Of a stretch of 64,000 bases of DNA, positions 29,871 through 41,370 are shown in pieces. The notes under the pieces are model-generated. The model saw only the letters and a program-made list of their open reading frames with translations. It had not been told where the DNA came from and made no database searches. Source of the stretch: Myxococcota bacterium (GTDB taxonomy: Bacteria; Myxococcota_A; Polyangia; Nannocystales; Nannocystaceae); assembly GCA_039028615.1 (NCBI GenBank), contig JBCCHT010000007.1:192001-256000 (forward strand), given 5' to 3'. The translations under genes and the position numbers were made by a program. Within the stretch, counting starts at the first letter, position 1. Each line of letters begins with the position of its first letter.

Positions 29871-31400
29871 GTGGTTTCCGATTCTCAGCTCGAGTGTGCC
29901 ATCCATGGCCGCCTCGTCGGCGACGCCACGGGCGATACCGTGCTGTCGATCGGCCCCGCCGGACATGTCGTCGGCAATGTCAGCGCACCGATCCTGATCG
30001 TCGCGGGCACCATCCGCGGCAATGTGCGGGCGCGGTTGTTGCTCGTTCGAGCGACGGGGGTCATCGAGGGCGACGTCGCCTACGAACGGATCAGCGTGGA
30101 CGATGGCGCATCGATCATCGGACGCGTCGGTAGGCCTTCCCTCGATGACTTGCCCGTCGTGCCGCGACCGGCCGAGCTCACGCCGCCCCTTCGGCACACG
30201 CCTGCGCCGACGGCCCGGGCCCGCCCGCAGCCCGTCGACGTCACCCCCCCGACTGGGCCCACGCCGTCGCCAACGCCGGAGCTCCGTCCGCCGCCATCGC
30301 AGCACCCCGCGTCCGAGTCGGCCGAAGTCTTCGTACTCGAGCCCGGTCGCCGCCGCCCCCCGTCGCGCGCCACGGGCCGCCGTTCCGTCCGCATGGGCAA
30401 GCAGTGGTTCGTGGCCGCGGCCGCTTCGATGCTCACCGTCACCCCGTTGCACGCCGATGGCCCCAAGGCCAAGGCCGCCAAGGCGGACGTCGAGGTCGTC
30501 GAGTCCAGCTCCGCCAGCCCTTCCCTGCTGGCCCTGCCGAGCATTCCGTTCCTGCGCCCGCCGACCGACGACTCCGAGGTGGTCGAGGCCAGCCCCGCCA
30601 TGGACGTGGCGTGGACCCTCGACAAGGCCGCCAACCTCCGCATGATGTCGTTCCGCTGGGGGCTGCCCGAGTCCGAGCTCGCCCAGCTCAACCCTCAGCT
30701 CGAGCGTCGCACGATGTACCCGGCGGGCACCGAGGTCTGGGTGTTCCGCAGCGACCCCGAGGCCATCACGCGCTCGCTCGGCTATCCGAACCGGGGCTCG
30801 CTGGTGCATGGCATTCCCATGCCGCAGAGCGAGCACTGGACGATGCGAGGCGGCCGACGACGGGTGTACGGCACCGCCACCACCATCGCGACGCTCTCCA
30901 ACGCGTTCGCGGCGTATGCCGCTCAGTTCCCCGATGCGGACCCGATCCGCCTCGGAGACATCTCCGCCCGACGCGGCAAGCACATCAGCCCCCACCAGTC
31001 ACACCAAAGCGGCCGCGACGTGGATATCGCCTACGTGCGGCTGGCCCCGCCGACCGGCAAGCGGCGCGGCATGTGGCAGACCGCGGTCGAGAACCTCGAT
31101 GCCACCCGCACCTGGTTTTTGGTGCGCACGCTGATCGACTCCGGCGTCGTACAGTCGATCTTCGTCAACCAAGAGGTCCAACGCCCGATCCGCGAGGCCG
31201 CGCTGGCCGATCTGCCGGCCGCGGAAGTCGACGAGTACATGGAGTTCCTCTCCCACGAGGATGGCCACAAGGGCCACATGCACGTCCGTTTCCTCTGCGA
31301 GCACGGCAACCTGCAATGCCGCCCGCACTCCCTCCCCACCCCCACCACGAGCCGCGCCGCCCAGTCTCCCGAAGCGGGCCTGGCCGACGACGGTGACTGA
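29871..31400 (+). CDS. Bactofilin - Pro linker - TM/signal - LysM-like - MepA (M74) murein endopeptidase fusion
   Basis: Bactofilin repeats (IGPAGHVVGNV...IEGDVAYERISVDDGASIIG); MepA motifs SLGYPNRGSL, YGT, GDIS..RG, HQSHQSGRDVDI, HKGHMHVRF; start GTG 29871 is more likely than 29304. Confidence 0.8.
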   Translation: MVSDSQLECAIHGRLVGDATGDTVLSIGPAGHVVGNVSAPILIVAGTIRGNVRARLLLVRATGVIEGDVAYERISVDDGASIIGRVGRPSLDDLPVVPRPAELTPPLRHTPAPTARARPQPVDVTPPTGPTPSPTPELRPPPSQHPASESAEVFVLEPGRRRPPSRATGRRSVRMGKQWFVAAAASMLTVTPLHADGPKAKAAKADVEVVESSSASPSLLALPSIPFLRPPTDDSEVVEASPAMDVAWTLDKAANLRMMSFRWGLPESELAQLNPQLERRTMYPAGTEVWVFRSDPEAITRSLGYPNRGSLVHGIPMPQSEHWTMRGGRRRVYGTATTIATLSNAFAAYAAQFPDADPIRLGDISARRGKHISPHQSHQSGRDVDIAYVRLAPPTGKRRGMWQTAVENLDATRTWFLVRTLIDSGVVQSIFVNQEVQRPIREAALADLPAAEVDEYMEFLSHEDGHKGHMHVRFLCEHGNLQCRPHSLPTPTTSRAAQSPEAGLADDGD

Positions 31401-31430
31401 ACCAACCCCCGTAGCCTTGGAGCGAAAGCC

Positions 31431-31850
31431 ATGCCCGAGTCCAGCAACTTCATCACCGAAGACACGACCGTCAACGGCGACATCACCACCGCGTCCTCCC
31501 TGACCATCGCCGGCACCGTCAACGGCGACATCGAGGCGGAGCAAGACGTCACCATCCTCAGCACGGCCACCGTGACCGGCAACGTGTCGGGCCCCGGGAT
31601 TCAGGTGCAGGGCAAGGTCAAGGGCAAGGTCGCCGCCAGCGGCCGCCTGGTCATCGGAGCGACGGGCGGCGTGTGGGGCGACATCTCCGTGCGGGCGCTC
31701 CTCATCGAAGAAGGCGGCGTCCTCGAGGGTCAGTGCAGCATGCGGAGTGCGGAAGCCGAGGCCCCCGCGCCGAGTCCCGAGGTCCCGCGCCCGAACCTTC
31801 GGCCACCGCTCAAGCCCCCGGGTGGTGGCGACGCGCGGCCTTCGGCGTAG
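31431..31850 (+). CDS. Bactofilin
   Basis: ITEDTTVNGDI...VQGKVKGKV...VWGDI...IEEGGVLEGQCSM; GGAG SD upstream. Confidence 0.92.
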   Translation: MPESSNFITEDTTVNGDITTASSLTIAGTVNGDIEAEQDVTILSTATVTGNVSGPGIQVQGKVKGKVAASGRLVIGATGGVWGDISVRALLIEEGGVLEGQCSMRSAEAEAPAPSPEVPRPNLRPPLKPPGGGDARPSA

Positions 31851-31856
31851 ACGGGC

Positions 31857-32414
31857 TCAGGATCGCGAGGCATCGCGCGGCGGCGCGGCACAGGGCTGCC
31901 CCGTCGCCCACGTGTATACGACGCTGGTCACCGCGCCTCCGTGGAAGTCCTCGGGCTCGCGTTCGGCGAGTACGCCTCCGCGGGCTTCGTAGAACGAGCA
32001 GCAGCGAAGCTCCGCAAGCGTGGCGACGTACATCGAACGCAGCTCGTCGCCCCTGAGTGCATCGCAGGCCTCCGTCCATAGGCGCGCACCGACGCCCGCG
32101 CCGCGATGCTCGGGCAACACGTGGATGACGTAGACCTCGAGCTCGGTGCCGAGCTCCTTCCTTCGCGGGCGGCCCACGGTGATGAAGCCGATGATCTCCC
32201 CCGCGCGCTCGGCCACGAGATCGACCCGCTGCGGGTTGCCCTGCACCGCCGTCAGCCACTCGCGCCAATCCGCCGTTCGCTTGGCCACATCGGGCGCGTC
32301 CCAGACCGCGGCGAGCGGTGCATAGGCGTCGTCCGAAGACTCGACGTGCACGCGAGCGATCCCGCCGACATCGGCCAGGGTGGCAGGCCGAACGCGAAAC
32401 ACTTGATCGCCCAT
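31857..32414 (-). CDS. GNAT-family N-acetyltransferase
   Basis: RPATLAD, IHVLPEHRGAGVGARL (motif A), FYEARGG. Confidence 0.88.
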   Translation of the reverse strand: MGDQVFRVRPATLADVGGIARVHVESSDDAYAPLAAVWDAPDVAKRTADWREWLTAVQGNPQRVDLVAERAGEIIGFITVGRPRRKELGTELEVYVIHVLPEHRGAGVGARLWTEACDALRGDELRSMYVATLAELRCCSFYEARGGVLAEREPEDFHGGAVTSVVYTWATGQPCAAPPRDASRS

Positions 32415-32458
32415 GCACCGACTGTAGCCCGCCGCGTCTCATCGGGCGCCCGATAGAC

Positions 32459-32487
32459 GAAAACCGTCGCGGGGGGCGACGGTCTTC
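32459..32487 (-). terminator. Intrinsic terminator downstream of the ECF sigma gene
   Basis: Minus strand gaagaccgtcgc-ccccc-gcgacggttttc. Confidence 0.6.
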
Positions 32488-32514
32488 GCTGGTCGGTCGG
32501 TGTGCGTTGAAAAC

Positions 32515-33183
32515 TCAGGCGGGGCTCGATGCGACGCCCTGCTCGGACGCGGGCACCAAGATGTTGGCCAGGGCCTTGTAGGCCCGGTGGGCGCGGACCC
32601 GCAGGGCGCCGGGGCGCACGCCGAGGCGCTCGCCGATGTCGGCCATGCTCATGCCGCGAAGCTTGTGGAGCTTGACCACCTCGCGCTGTCCCGGAGGAAG
32701 CTGCTCGATGGCATCGCGGACGCGCTGGTTGAGCTCGTCGCCGTTCTCCCGCGACATCTGCAGCTCCTCGGCGTTCGGCACCGCCTCGGGCACCCCCATG
32801 CCGGAGATATCGCCCTTGGCGATCAAGGTCTCGTGCCGGCGATCGCGACGGTAGTCGTGGCGAAGGTGGTCGAGCGCGACGTTGCGGGCGATGGCGAGGT
32901 ACCAGCCCTCGACGGCCCGGTCGGCGCGCTGGGGAAGCGAGGCGAAGCGATCGCGCGCGGCATGTGCGCGAAGGAAGGTCAGCTGGACCAAGTCGTCGAC
33001 CACGGCCGCGTCCCGCACCAGCCGGCTCAGCCGCGCCCGAAGGCGCGGTTGAAGCGCCGCATGGAGCTTCGTGAACGCGTACTCGTCACCATCGACATAG
33101 GCCTCCATCCAGCGATGCAGCTGGCCCCCGGGGTTCTTGGGGGAGTTGGAGGAAGCAGACAGATTGGCGTGATGCTCGGTCAT
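32515..33183 (-). CDS. ECF sigma-70 factor with no adjacent anti-sigma
   Basis: DDLVQLTFLRAH, WYLAIARNVALDHLR, LPPGQREV...VRAHRAYKAL. Confidence 0.92.
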   Translation of the reverse strand: MTEHHANLSASSNSPKNPGGQLHRWMEAYVDGDEYAFTKLHAALQPRLRARLSRLVRDAAVVDDLVQLTFLRAHAARDRFASLPQRADRAVEGWYLAIARNVALDHLRHDYRRDRRHETLIAKGDISGMGVPEAVPNAEELQMSRENGDELNQRVRDAIEQLPPGQREVVKLHKLRGMSMADIGERLGVRPGALRVRAHRAYKALANILVPASEQGVASSPA

Positions 33184-33226
33184 GATGAACCACCCTTCTC
33201 GGAGGGGTCGCTGAGGCTCAGCTTGG

Positions 33227-33246
33227 ATAGTTGACTGGTCGGTAAA
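33227..33246. promoter_or_regulatory. Candidate TetR operator upstream of the ECF sigma gene
   Basis: atagttgactggtcggtaaa, 17/20 identical to the reverse complement of 33989-34008. Confidence 0.6.
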
Positions 33247-33267
33247 GTTTCTTGGCCGAAAAAAAAC

Positions 33268-33939
33268 CTACTGCAAGGACTCGGCGGTCTGACACGCGTT
33301 CGTGCACTCTTCTTCGAGCACGACGGGAGGGGCCGCGGCAGTAGGCAGGTCGGCTTGGGCCAACACGACCGCGCCGTGCGCCAGTCGTAGGAAGACCTCG
33401 GGATCGTTGTTCGTCTTGGCGAGCAGGGTCGCGCCCTGGATGAACGCGATGATCGCCTCGGCTGCGCGCTTGGCGTCGGGCACAGCGAGTTCGCCTCGCG
33501 CGTCGGCCGACTGCAGCATCTGGGCGATCTGCGATTCCCACCGCTTGAAGATCGTCTCGAGCTTGGCTCGGATATCGGCGTCGCGATGCGCCATTTCCTG
33601 GGCGAGGTTGCCGAGCGGGCAGCCGTGCGCGGAACCGAAGCTGCGCTGAGCCCGCACATAGCCCGCGTACATCGCGGTCACCATGCCGACCAGCTGCTCG
33701 CGGCTGGGTCGGTTGCCGGCCATCGCGGCCTGCATGCCCATTTCCTGGTGCTCGGCGAAACGGTCGAGCGTGGCCAGCACCAGCGCATGCTTGCTGCGGA
33801 AGAAGTGATAGAAGCTGCCCTTCTTGAGGCCAGCCGCGTTGCAGATGTCGGCGACACTGACCGCGGTGTACCCGCGCTCATGCAGCAGCAACGACGCCGT
33901 CGCGAGCAGACGATCGCGTGCATCGCTACAGCGACCCAT
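33268..33939 (-). CDS. TetR/AcrR-family regulator (NemR-like)
   Basis: RGYTAVSVADIC..AGLKKGSFYHFFRSK HTH; GCPLGNLAQEM; start ATG 33939. Confidence 0.92.
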   Translation of the reverse strand: MGRCSDARDRLLATASLLLHERGYTAVSVADICNAAGLKKGSFYHFFRSKHALVLATLDRFAEHQEMGMQAAMAGNRPSREQLVGMVTAMYAGYVRAQRSFGSAHGCPLGNLAQEMAHRDADIRAKLETIFKRWESQIAQMLQSADARGELAVPDAKRAAEAIIAFIQGATLLAKTNNDPEVFLRLAHGAVVLAQADLPTAAAPPVVLEEECTNACQTAESLQ

Positions 33940-33988
33940 GATCGGCTCCTTCGGTGGTGACGGCGGTGTGCATTGTGCGCTGCTTTTC

Positions 33989-34008
33989 TTGTCCGACCGG
34001 TCAACTAT
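33989..34008. promoter_or_regulatory. Candidate TetR autoregulatory operator
   Basis: ttgtccgaccggtcaactat, an imperfect TTGACC-N4-GGACAA palindrome 50 bp upstream of tetR. Confidence 0.6.
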
Positions 34009-34220
34009 AGGGACGGGTCCCCACCCCCACAAGTTACGACGAGCATTTTTCTCGCCGATCGAGACGAGCGTCATCTCTCTGCGCGCTTCACGCAGTGCGA
34101 GTATGCCGCGGGCCACTCGCGTTCGACGGCCCACGGGCTGGTCACCTTCCGGCCTCGCGACTCGATCCTTTCCCCGGCCACACCCGTCGGTTCGAGGGGG
34201 CGCGCTGCTAGGCTGCTTTC

Positions 34221-34760
34221 GTGCTCGGCAAGCTACTGCTGTTGTTCACGGTCGTCCCGGTCGTCGAACTGTATCTGCTCATCACGTTGGGGCAGGCCTT
34301 GGGCGCCGAGCTGACCATTGGGCTCGTGCTCGTGACCGGCTTGCTCGGTGCGTCGCTGGCCAAGCGCGAGGGCGCTCGCGTGCTCCGCAACTGGCAAGAG
34401 TCGGTGCAGCGTGGCGAGCTGCCCAAAGAAGGCGTCATCTCCAGCCTCTTGGTGCTCGTGGGTGGCGTCTTGCTCGTCACTCCGGGTGTCGTCACCGACG
34501 CGACTGGCCTGCTGCTGCTCGTGCCGTGGTCGCGACGCATCGTGGCCAACATCCTTCGCAGCCGCCTCGAGCATCGCTTCCAGCTGCAAGGGATGTCGGC
34601 CGGTCCCGCCGCGTTCATGAACATGGGCGCGCCCATGGGTCAGGGACAAGGACCGGTCATCGACGTCGACGCGGTCGAGACCGATGCCCACGACGCCGAA
34701 GCACAGCCGGCTCCGTCGAGCTCGACGCCCATCGACACGACCGCTTCGAACGCCCGCTGA
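34221..34760 (+). CDS. fxsA: FxsA-family membrane protein
   Basis: LLFTVVPVVELYLLI, GGVLLVTPGVVTD..GLLLL.P. Confidence 0.9.
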   Translation: MLGKLLLLFTVVPVVELYLLITLGQALGAELTIGLVLVTGLLGASLAKREGARVLRNWQESVQRGELPKEGVISSLLVLVGGVLLVTPGVVTDATGLLLLVPWSRRIVANILRSRLEHRFQLQGMSAGPAAFMNMGAPMGQGQGPVIDVDAVETDAHDAEAQPAPSSSTPIDTTASNAR

Positions 34761-34772
34761 CGCCCGACGGGG

Positions 34773-37067
<2,295 letters not shown>

Positions 37068-37188
37068 GACGAGGGTTCCTCTTTGGGTCCGTGTAACGTA
37101 TCGCCGTCTGCGAGGAAAGCATCCCTACGCCTCGTGCGGCGGAACACGCGCCTCTTTCCCTGCGGCGTGGGCCCTGCGACGATGGTCG

Positions 37189-37908
37189 ATGATGGTGTCG
37201 CTTCGCCTCAAGGCGGCCGTACTCGGGCTCGTGGCGGGTCTATGGGCAAACACCGCCCTGGCCGCGCCGGATGGCTCCGACACCAATCGCTGGCGCGCTC
37301 ACGTGGGCGCGGACCTCGGGTCTTGGGTCCGGCAGCAGCCCTGGCCCCGGGTCGCGGACGGCCCGGCGGGCAGCCGTGACCACTTCGGGTTCATTGGTTT
37401 CCGGCGACTGCGGCTCGGCCTGGGCGTGGGGCACGGCTTCGGCGACCGCTTCGTGGCCGGCCTGCGGCTCGACTACGAGATCAGCCGCGGCGTTCAGCGC
37501 AGCCTCGTGCCCGACGGGGACGCCCGCGCGATCACCATGACCGCGATGCCGTATTTCACGGTCATGTTCGACGACAAGCACGTGGTGCGACCGTACCTGT
37601 CGGTGCGCATGGGCATGGGCGGCGGGTTGCTCACCGTGCTCGAGCCCAGCCCCATCGATCGACCGGAGCGCTCGTCGTCGTTGCTCTTTCCCGCGATGGG
37701 GCTCGACCTGGGGGCACACGCGTTCGTCTCGCCCGAGGTCTCGCTCGACGGGATGGTCAGCCTCGACCACCGCTGGGAGTACCTGCGCGGCACGACGCCG
37801 AGCACCGTGCCCGAAGGCACCGCGCAGGTCGAGTCGAGCGCAGGCCACCAGAGCTTCAACCGACGGTGGAACCTGTCGGTCGTGCTCGCGGTGTCGCGGT
37901 GGTTCTGA
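37189..37908 (+). CDS. Outer-membrane beta-barrel protein
   Basis: Signal peptide (..TALA), alternating amphipathic strands, C-terminal ...VSRWF. Confidence 0.7.
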   Translation: MMVSLRLKAAVLGLVAGLWANTALAAPDGSDTNRWRAHVGADLGSWVRQQPWPRVADGPAGSRDHFGFIGFRRLRLGLGVGHGFGDRFVAGLRLDYEISRGVQRSLVPDGDARAITMTAMPYFTVMFDDKHVVRPYLSVRMGMGGGLLTVLEPSPIDRPERSSSLLFPAMGLDLGAHAFVSPEVSLDGMVSLDHRWEYLRGTTPSTVPEGTAQVESSAGHQSFNRRWNLSVVLAVSRWF

Positions 37909-37920
37909 GCGCGAGCCGGC

Positions 37921-38820
37921 CTAGGACTCGGCCTCGGGCTCCGGCTCGGCGTCACCGAAGCCGAACTTGGTGAGCACCTCTCGTTGTACGCGACGGTGCG
38001 CGTCGTTGAGGCGCAGCATCTCCCCAGCGTCGAGCGCATCGACCACGAAGCGATCGGGCCGGCTCCCGGGCGCGAGCTCGATGAGCATGGTGATGGTGTC
38101 GGCGACGATCTGAGGATTGGGCGCAGGCTTGCTGCCGCTGATGCGCTGGCGGAACTGCGCCCCCATGCGATCGAGGGCATCCGACATGGGGCCGTAGCCG
38201 GGATTGCGATCGAAGTCGTCGCCGACCTCGAGCCGGTCGACGAAGCCGGTCGGGTACTGGCCGGGCTGCACCAGGGTCGACTCGATGCCCAGCGGCGCGA
38301 GCTCGTAGCGATAGGCGTCCATCAATGCCTCGAGACCGGCCTTGCTCGCACAGTGCACGCCCATCGTGGGCAGCACCATGCGCCCCAGCGTATCGGACAC
38401 GTGGATGAGCAGGCCCTGCTTGCGCGCACGCATGCTCGGCAGCAGAGCCCGCAGCACCCGGTGCGGACCCACGAGGTTGACGTCGAGCTGATACAGCAGC
38501 TGCTGGTCGGTCATCGTCTCCGCCAGCCCCATGGTGGTGAGCCCGGCGTTGTTGACCACCACGTCGATGTGACCGGCGTCGCTCAAGACCTTGGCGCAGG
38601 CCTCTTCGACCGAGCTGCCCGTGGCCAGCTCCATCTCGTACACGGAGATCGAGCCCGGCATCGAGGCGCTGGCGTCGACCAGGTGCGCCGCCTCGGCTTG
38701 GTGTGCAGTCTGGGGCGAGCGCATCGTGGCGAAGACTCGATGGCCTCGCTGCGCCAGCGTGAGGGCGGCAAGGCGCCCGATCCCACTATTGGTACCCGAG
38801 ATGAAGACGTGGCTCGGCAT
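37921..38820 (-). CDS. Short-chain dehydrogenase/reductase
   Basis: SGTNSGIG, VNNAG; catalytic YxxxK appears as HCASK. Confidence 0.88.
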   Translation of the reverse strand: MPSHVFISGTNSGIGRLAALTLAQRGHRVFATMRSPQTAHQAEAAHLVDASASMPGSISVYEMELATGSSVEEACAKVLSDAGHIDVVVNNAGLTTMGLAETMTDQQLLYQLDVNLVGPHRVLRALLPSMRARKQGLLIHVSDTLGRMVLPTMGVHCASKAGLEALMDAYRYELAPLGIESTLVQPGQYPTGFVDRLEVGDDFDRNPGYGPMSDALDRMGAQFRQRISGSKPAPNPQIVADTITMLIELAPGSRPDRFVVDALDAGEMLRLNDAHRRVQREVLTKFGFGDAEPEPEAES

Positions 38821-38891
38821 GTCCGGTGCTCGTAGTCGTCGCGGTCGAAGCGTAGTCGGTCCGCGGACGAAACGACAGTGAACTCGAAGGT

Positions 38892-38917
38892 CCCCGGCCC
38901 TGTTTCGCGGGCCGGGG
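38892..38917. terminator. GC hairpin downstream of the PLD gene
   Basis: ccccggccc-tgtttcgc-gggccgggg. Confidence 0.45.
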
Positions 38918-38944
38918 CGTCAGAGGCACTTTTGGGGGGAGGCG

Positions 38945-41272
38945 TCAGCGAGCGAAGGTGATCGGCAGCTGCACCAAAACGCCGTAATCGTTGTCATCGT
39001 CGCTACTCGCGCGAGGCGTGATGCCGACCGGAGTCACCAACACCCGGCACAGGACCTTGGCCTGATGGCCCATGGCCAGCTGCTCCCGCAGGCGCGCCGC
39101 CGTCTTCGAGGGGATGTACACCGAGTTCTCCGGGCCGTAGTGCCGCGTCACCCGGTCGGTGCCCACCGCTCGCAGGTCCCAGCGCTGGCCCGCGTCGTCC
39201 TCGAGCACCCAGCGATAGTGCCGAGTGAAGGCCGAGCCCGGGTTGAAGGCGTCGCAGGTGAAGCCCGCGGCCGAGTCGGGCGCCAGCGAGACCGCCCCCG
39301 GCTGCGACTGCACGATGCGGGAGCCGGCGCGCATCTGCTCCATCACCAAGCGCGGCACTCGGCGCATCGCGTCGCTGCCCTTGTCGATGGCCTTCTCGAA
39401 CAGCACCGCGGCCTGAACCCGGCTGTCGGGAGAGCCCGACTTCTCGCGGAACTTGTCGGCGGCCGCCGGCACCGAGCCGGGCAGGTCGCCCTCGAGGTGC
39501 TCCTTCCACAGCGCCTCGCGCATCTTCTTGCCGAAGGCCTTGTCGTACACGGCCACGCTGAGCTCGGTGTCGGGGGCACTGCCGCGCCCGGTCGTGAACA
39601 CCTTGCTCAGGTCGGTGACGCCGAGCAGCGAGATGCCGCCCGCGTTGGCCGAGCCGATGAGCGACCAGCGATCGTCGACGATGAGGCACTTGGAGTGGAT
39701 GTAGATCTGCGCCGAGTCCTTGCCGAACTCCTCGATGTCCGCGTCGGACAGCGCGACGTTGTCCTGCCGCGACGCAGGCAGCGGCGCCACGGCGCAGTAC
39801 ATGCCGAACTGATCTGCGCTCTTGGTCTGCGCGATGACCCGGTCCACGTGCGGGCGCAGGTCGATGTCCTGGTCGGTGCCGTAGCCCGCCGCATCGAGCG
39901 GACGCCGCGGCAGCATGATCACGATGCGGAAGTCGGGGTTGTCGGCGTTCCGCTTCATCGACTCGACCAGCTCGGCCCAGATGTGCTCGTCGCTGATCCA
40001 CTGGTTTTCGAGGTAGATGTACTCGCGCGCGGCCCGAATCGCGATGAGGTACGCGTCCTTGCAGGAGCGCTCCCAGGTCTCGTCGGTGAGGTTCCATTCG
40101 GGCTTCTGCTCGTCCCGGGTGTAGCGCCCGGCCGGCATCGAGCGCACGACCTGGATCTTGGTCCCCGACAGGTTCGGCACGGAGTCGATGCCACACTTGT
40201 CGACCAGCTCGGAGGTTCCCTCTTCGTCGTCGTCGCGAACGTGGATGTCGTCGGTGTTGCGCATCCGGTCTTGGTAGACCTGCGGATCGATGGTGATGCG
40301 CGAAAATTTGTGACGGTCGTCGCCGTCGTCGGCCACCACGTTGAAGTTGAGCTCCTTGAACTCGCGGCGCACCAGCTGCTTGCCCTTGCGAACGTAGCGG
40401 CTGGTGACCTTCTCGACCCGCGACATGTCCTTGTACAGGACCCCGTGGTTCCAGCGAGCGTGGAAGTTGTCGAGCACGAACTGCACCGCGGGCCCTTCGA
40501 CCTTGCACTGCACGTCGTGCCAGAAGTGCTCGGGCAGCGAGTAGCGGCGGTCGTCTTGCGGGCCGTAGGGCTCGTAGACCTCGTAGGTCTCGACGTCGTC
40601 GTAGGTGAACCAGCGGCTGACGATCCGCTCGTTCTCCATCTTGCCTGGCGCCGCGGCGGGAATCTCGTGGTCGATGTTGTCCCAGCGGTCGCCGTCGACG
40701 AGGGTGAGGTCGATGCCGCCCACGAACGCGATCTTCTTGTCGATGATCACCGTCTTTTGGTGATGCGTGGACATGAACACGCCCTGGTGGACATCGGTTC
40801 GGCACATCACGTTGGGATAGTCGGCCAGCCCCGTGAACAGGTCGGAAGTCTCGGGCAAGTACCAGTCGAGGTGCCCCGCCTTCTTGATCGCCCCGCGAAT
40901 GGGATTGACCGTCGTCCACTCGTTCTTCCAGAACTGATTGACGAGCAGGTAGACCTTCACTCCGCGCTGGGCCAGCCCGCGCAGTGTATTGAGCAGGTTG
41001 TCGGGGTGATCGAGGTCGGCGTTCGCACTGCCCCCGCCCCGGATCAGCCGCCACGTGGGCTGGAAGTGCAGCCCCGTCAGCATGACCTCCTCGGTGGCGG
41101 TCGCGAGCGCAGCGTGCAGGGACTTGCCGTAGTCGTCGCCGTCGACCAGCAGCTCGATCGTGTTGTCCCCGGTGACCGGCAGGTAGTCGACGAACCACTG
41201 TCGCGGAGGCTGGCGCAGCACGTTGGTCGACCGCCGTGCGACGGGGTGATTGGTCTTGGTCTCGTCTACCAT
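38945..41272 (-). CDS. Phospholipase D with two HKD motifs (eukaryote-like/Tle5-like)
   Basis: THHQKTVIIDKKIAFVGGIDL..RWD, WHD, YIYLENQW, IYIHSKCLIVDDRWSLIGSAN; start ATG 41272 (alternative 41335). Confidence 0.9.
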   Translation of the reverse strand: MVDETKTNHPVARRSTNVLRQPPRQWFVDYLPVTGDNTIELLVDGDDYGKSLHAALATATEEVMLTGLHFQPTWRLIRGGGSANADLDHPDNLLNTLRGLAQRGVKVYLLVNQFWKNEWTTVNPIRGAIKKAGHLDWYLPETSDLFTGLADYPNVMCRTDVHQGVFMSTHHQKTVIIDKKIAFVGGIDLTLVDGDRWDNIDHEIPAAAPGKMENERIVSRWFTYDDVETYEVYEPYGPQDDRRYSLPEHFWHDVQCKVEGPAVQFVLDNFHARWNHGVLYKDMSRVEKVTSRYVRKGKQLVRREFKELNFNVVADDGDDRHKFSRITIDPQVYQDRMRNTDDIHVRDDDEEGTSELVDKCGIDSVPNLSGTKIQVVRSMPAGRYTRDEQKPEWNLTDETWERSCKDAYLIAIRAAREYIYLENQWISDEHIWAELVESMKRNADNPDFRIVIMLPRRPLDAAGYGTDQDIDLRPHVDRVIAQTKSADQFGMYCAVAPLPASRQDNVALSDADIEEFGKDSAQIYIHSKCLIVDDRWSLIGSANAGGISLLGVTDLSKVFTTGRGSAPDTELSVAVYDKAFGKKMREALWKEHLEGDLPGSVPAAADKFREKSGSPDSRVQAAVLFEKAIDKGSDAMRRVPRLVMEQMRAGSRIVQSQPGAVSLAPDSAAGFTCDAFNPGSAFTRHYRWVLEDDAGQRWDLRAVGTDRVTRHYGPENSVYIPSKTAARLREQLAMGHQAKVLCRVLVTPVGITPRASSDDDNDYGVLVQLPITFAR

Positions 41273-41370
41273 CGGCTCTGTCCGGCCCCGCAAAGGCCGT
41301 CGCTCATCGTATCGCTCCTCGACGCGCCTGACCACGGGCCAACTCGCGCCCTGCTAGCCTTGGCCTCGGC

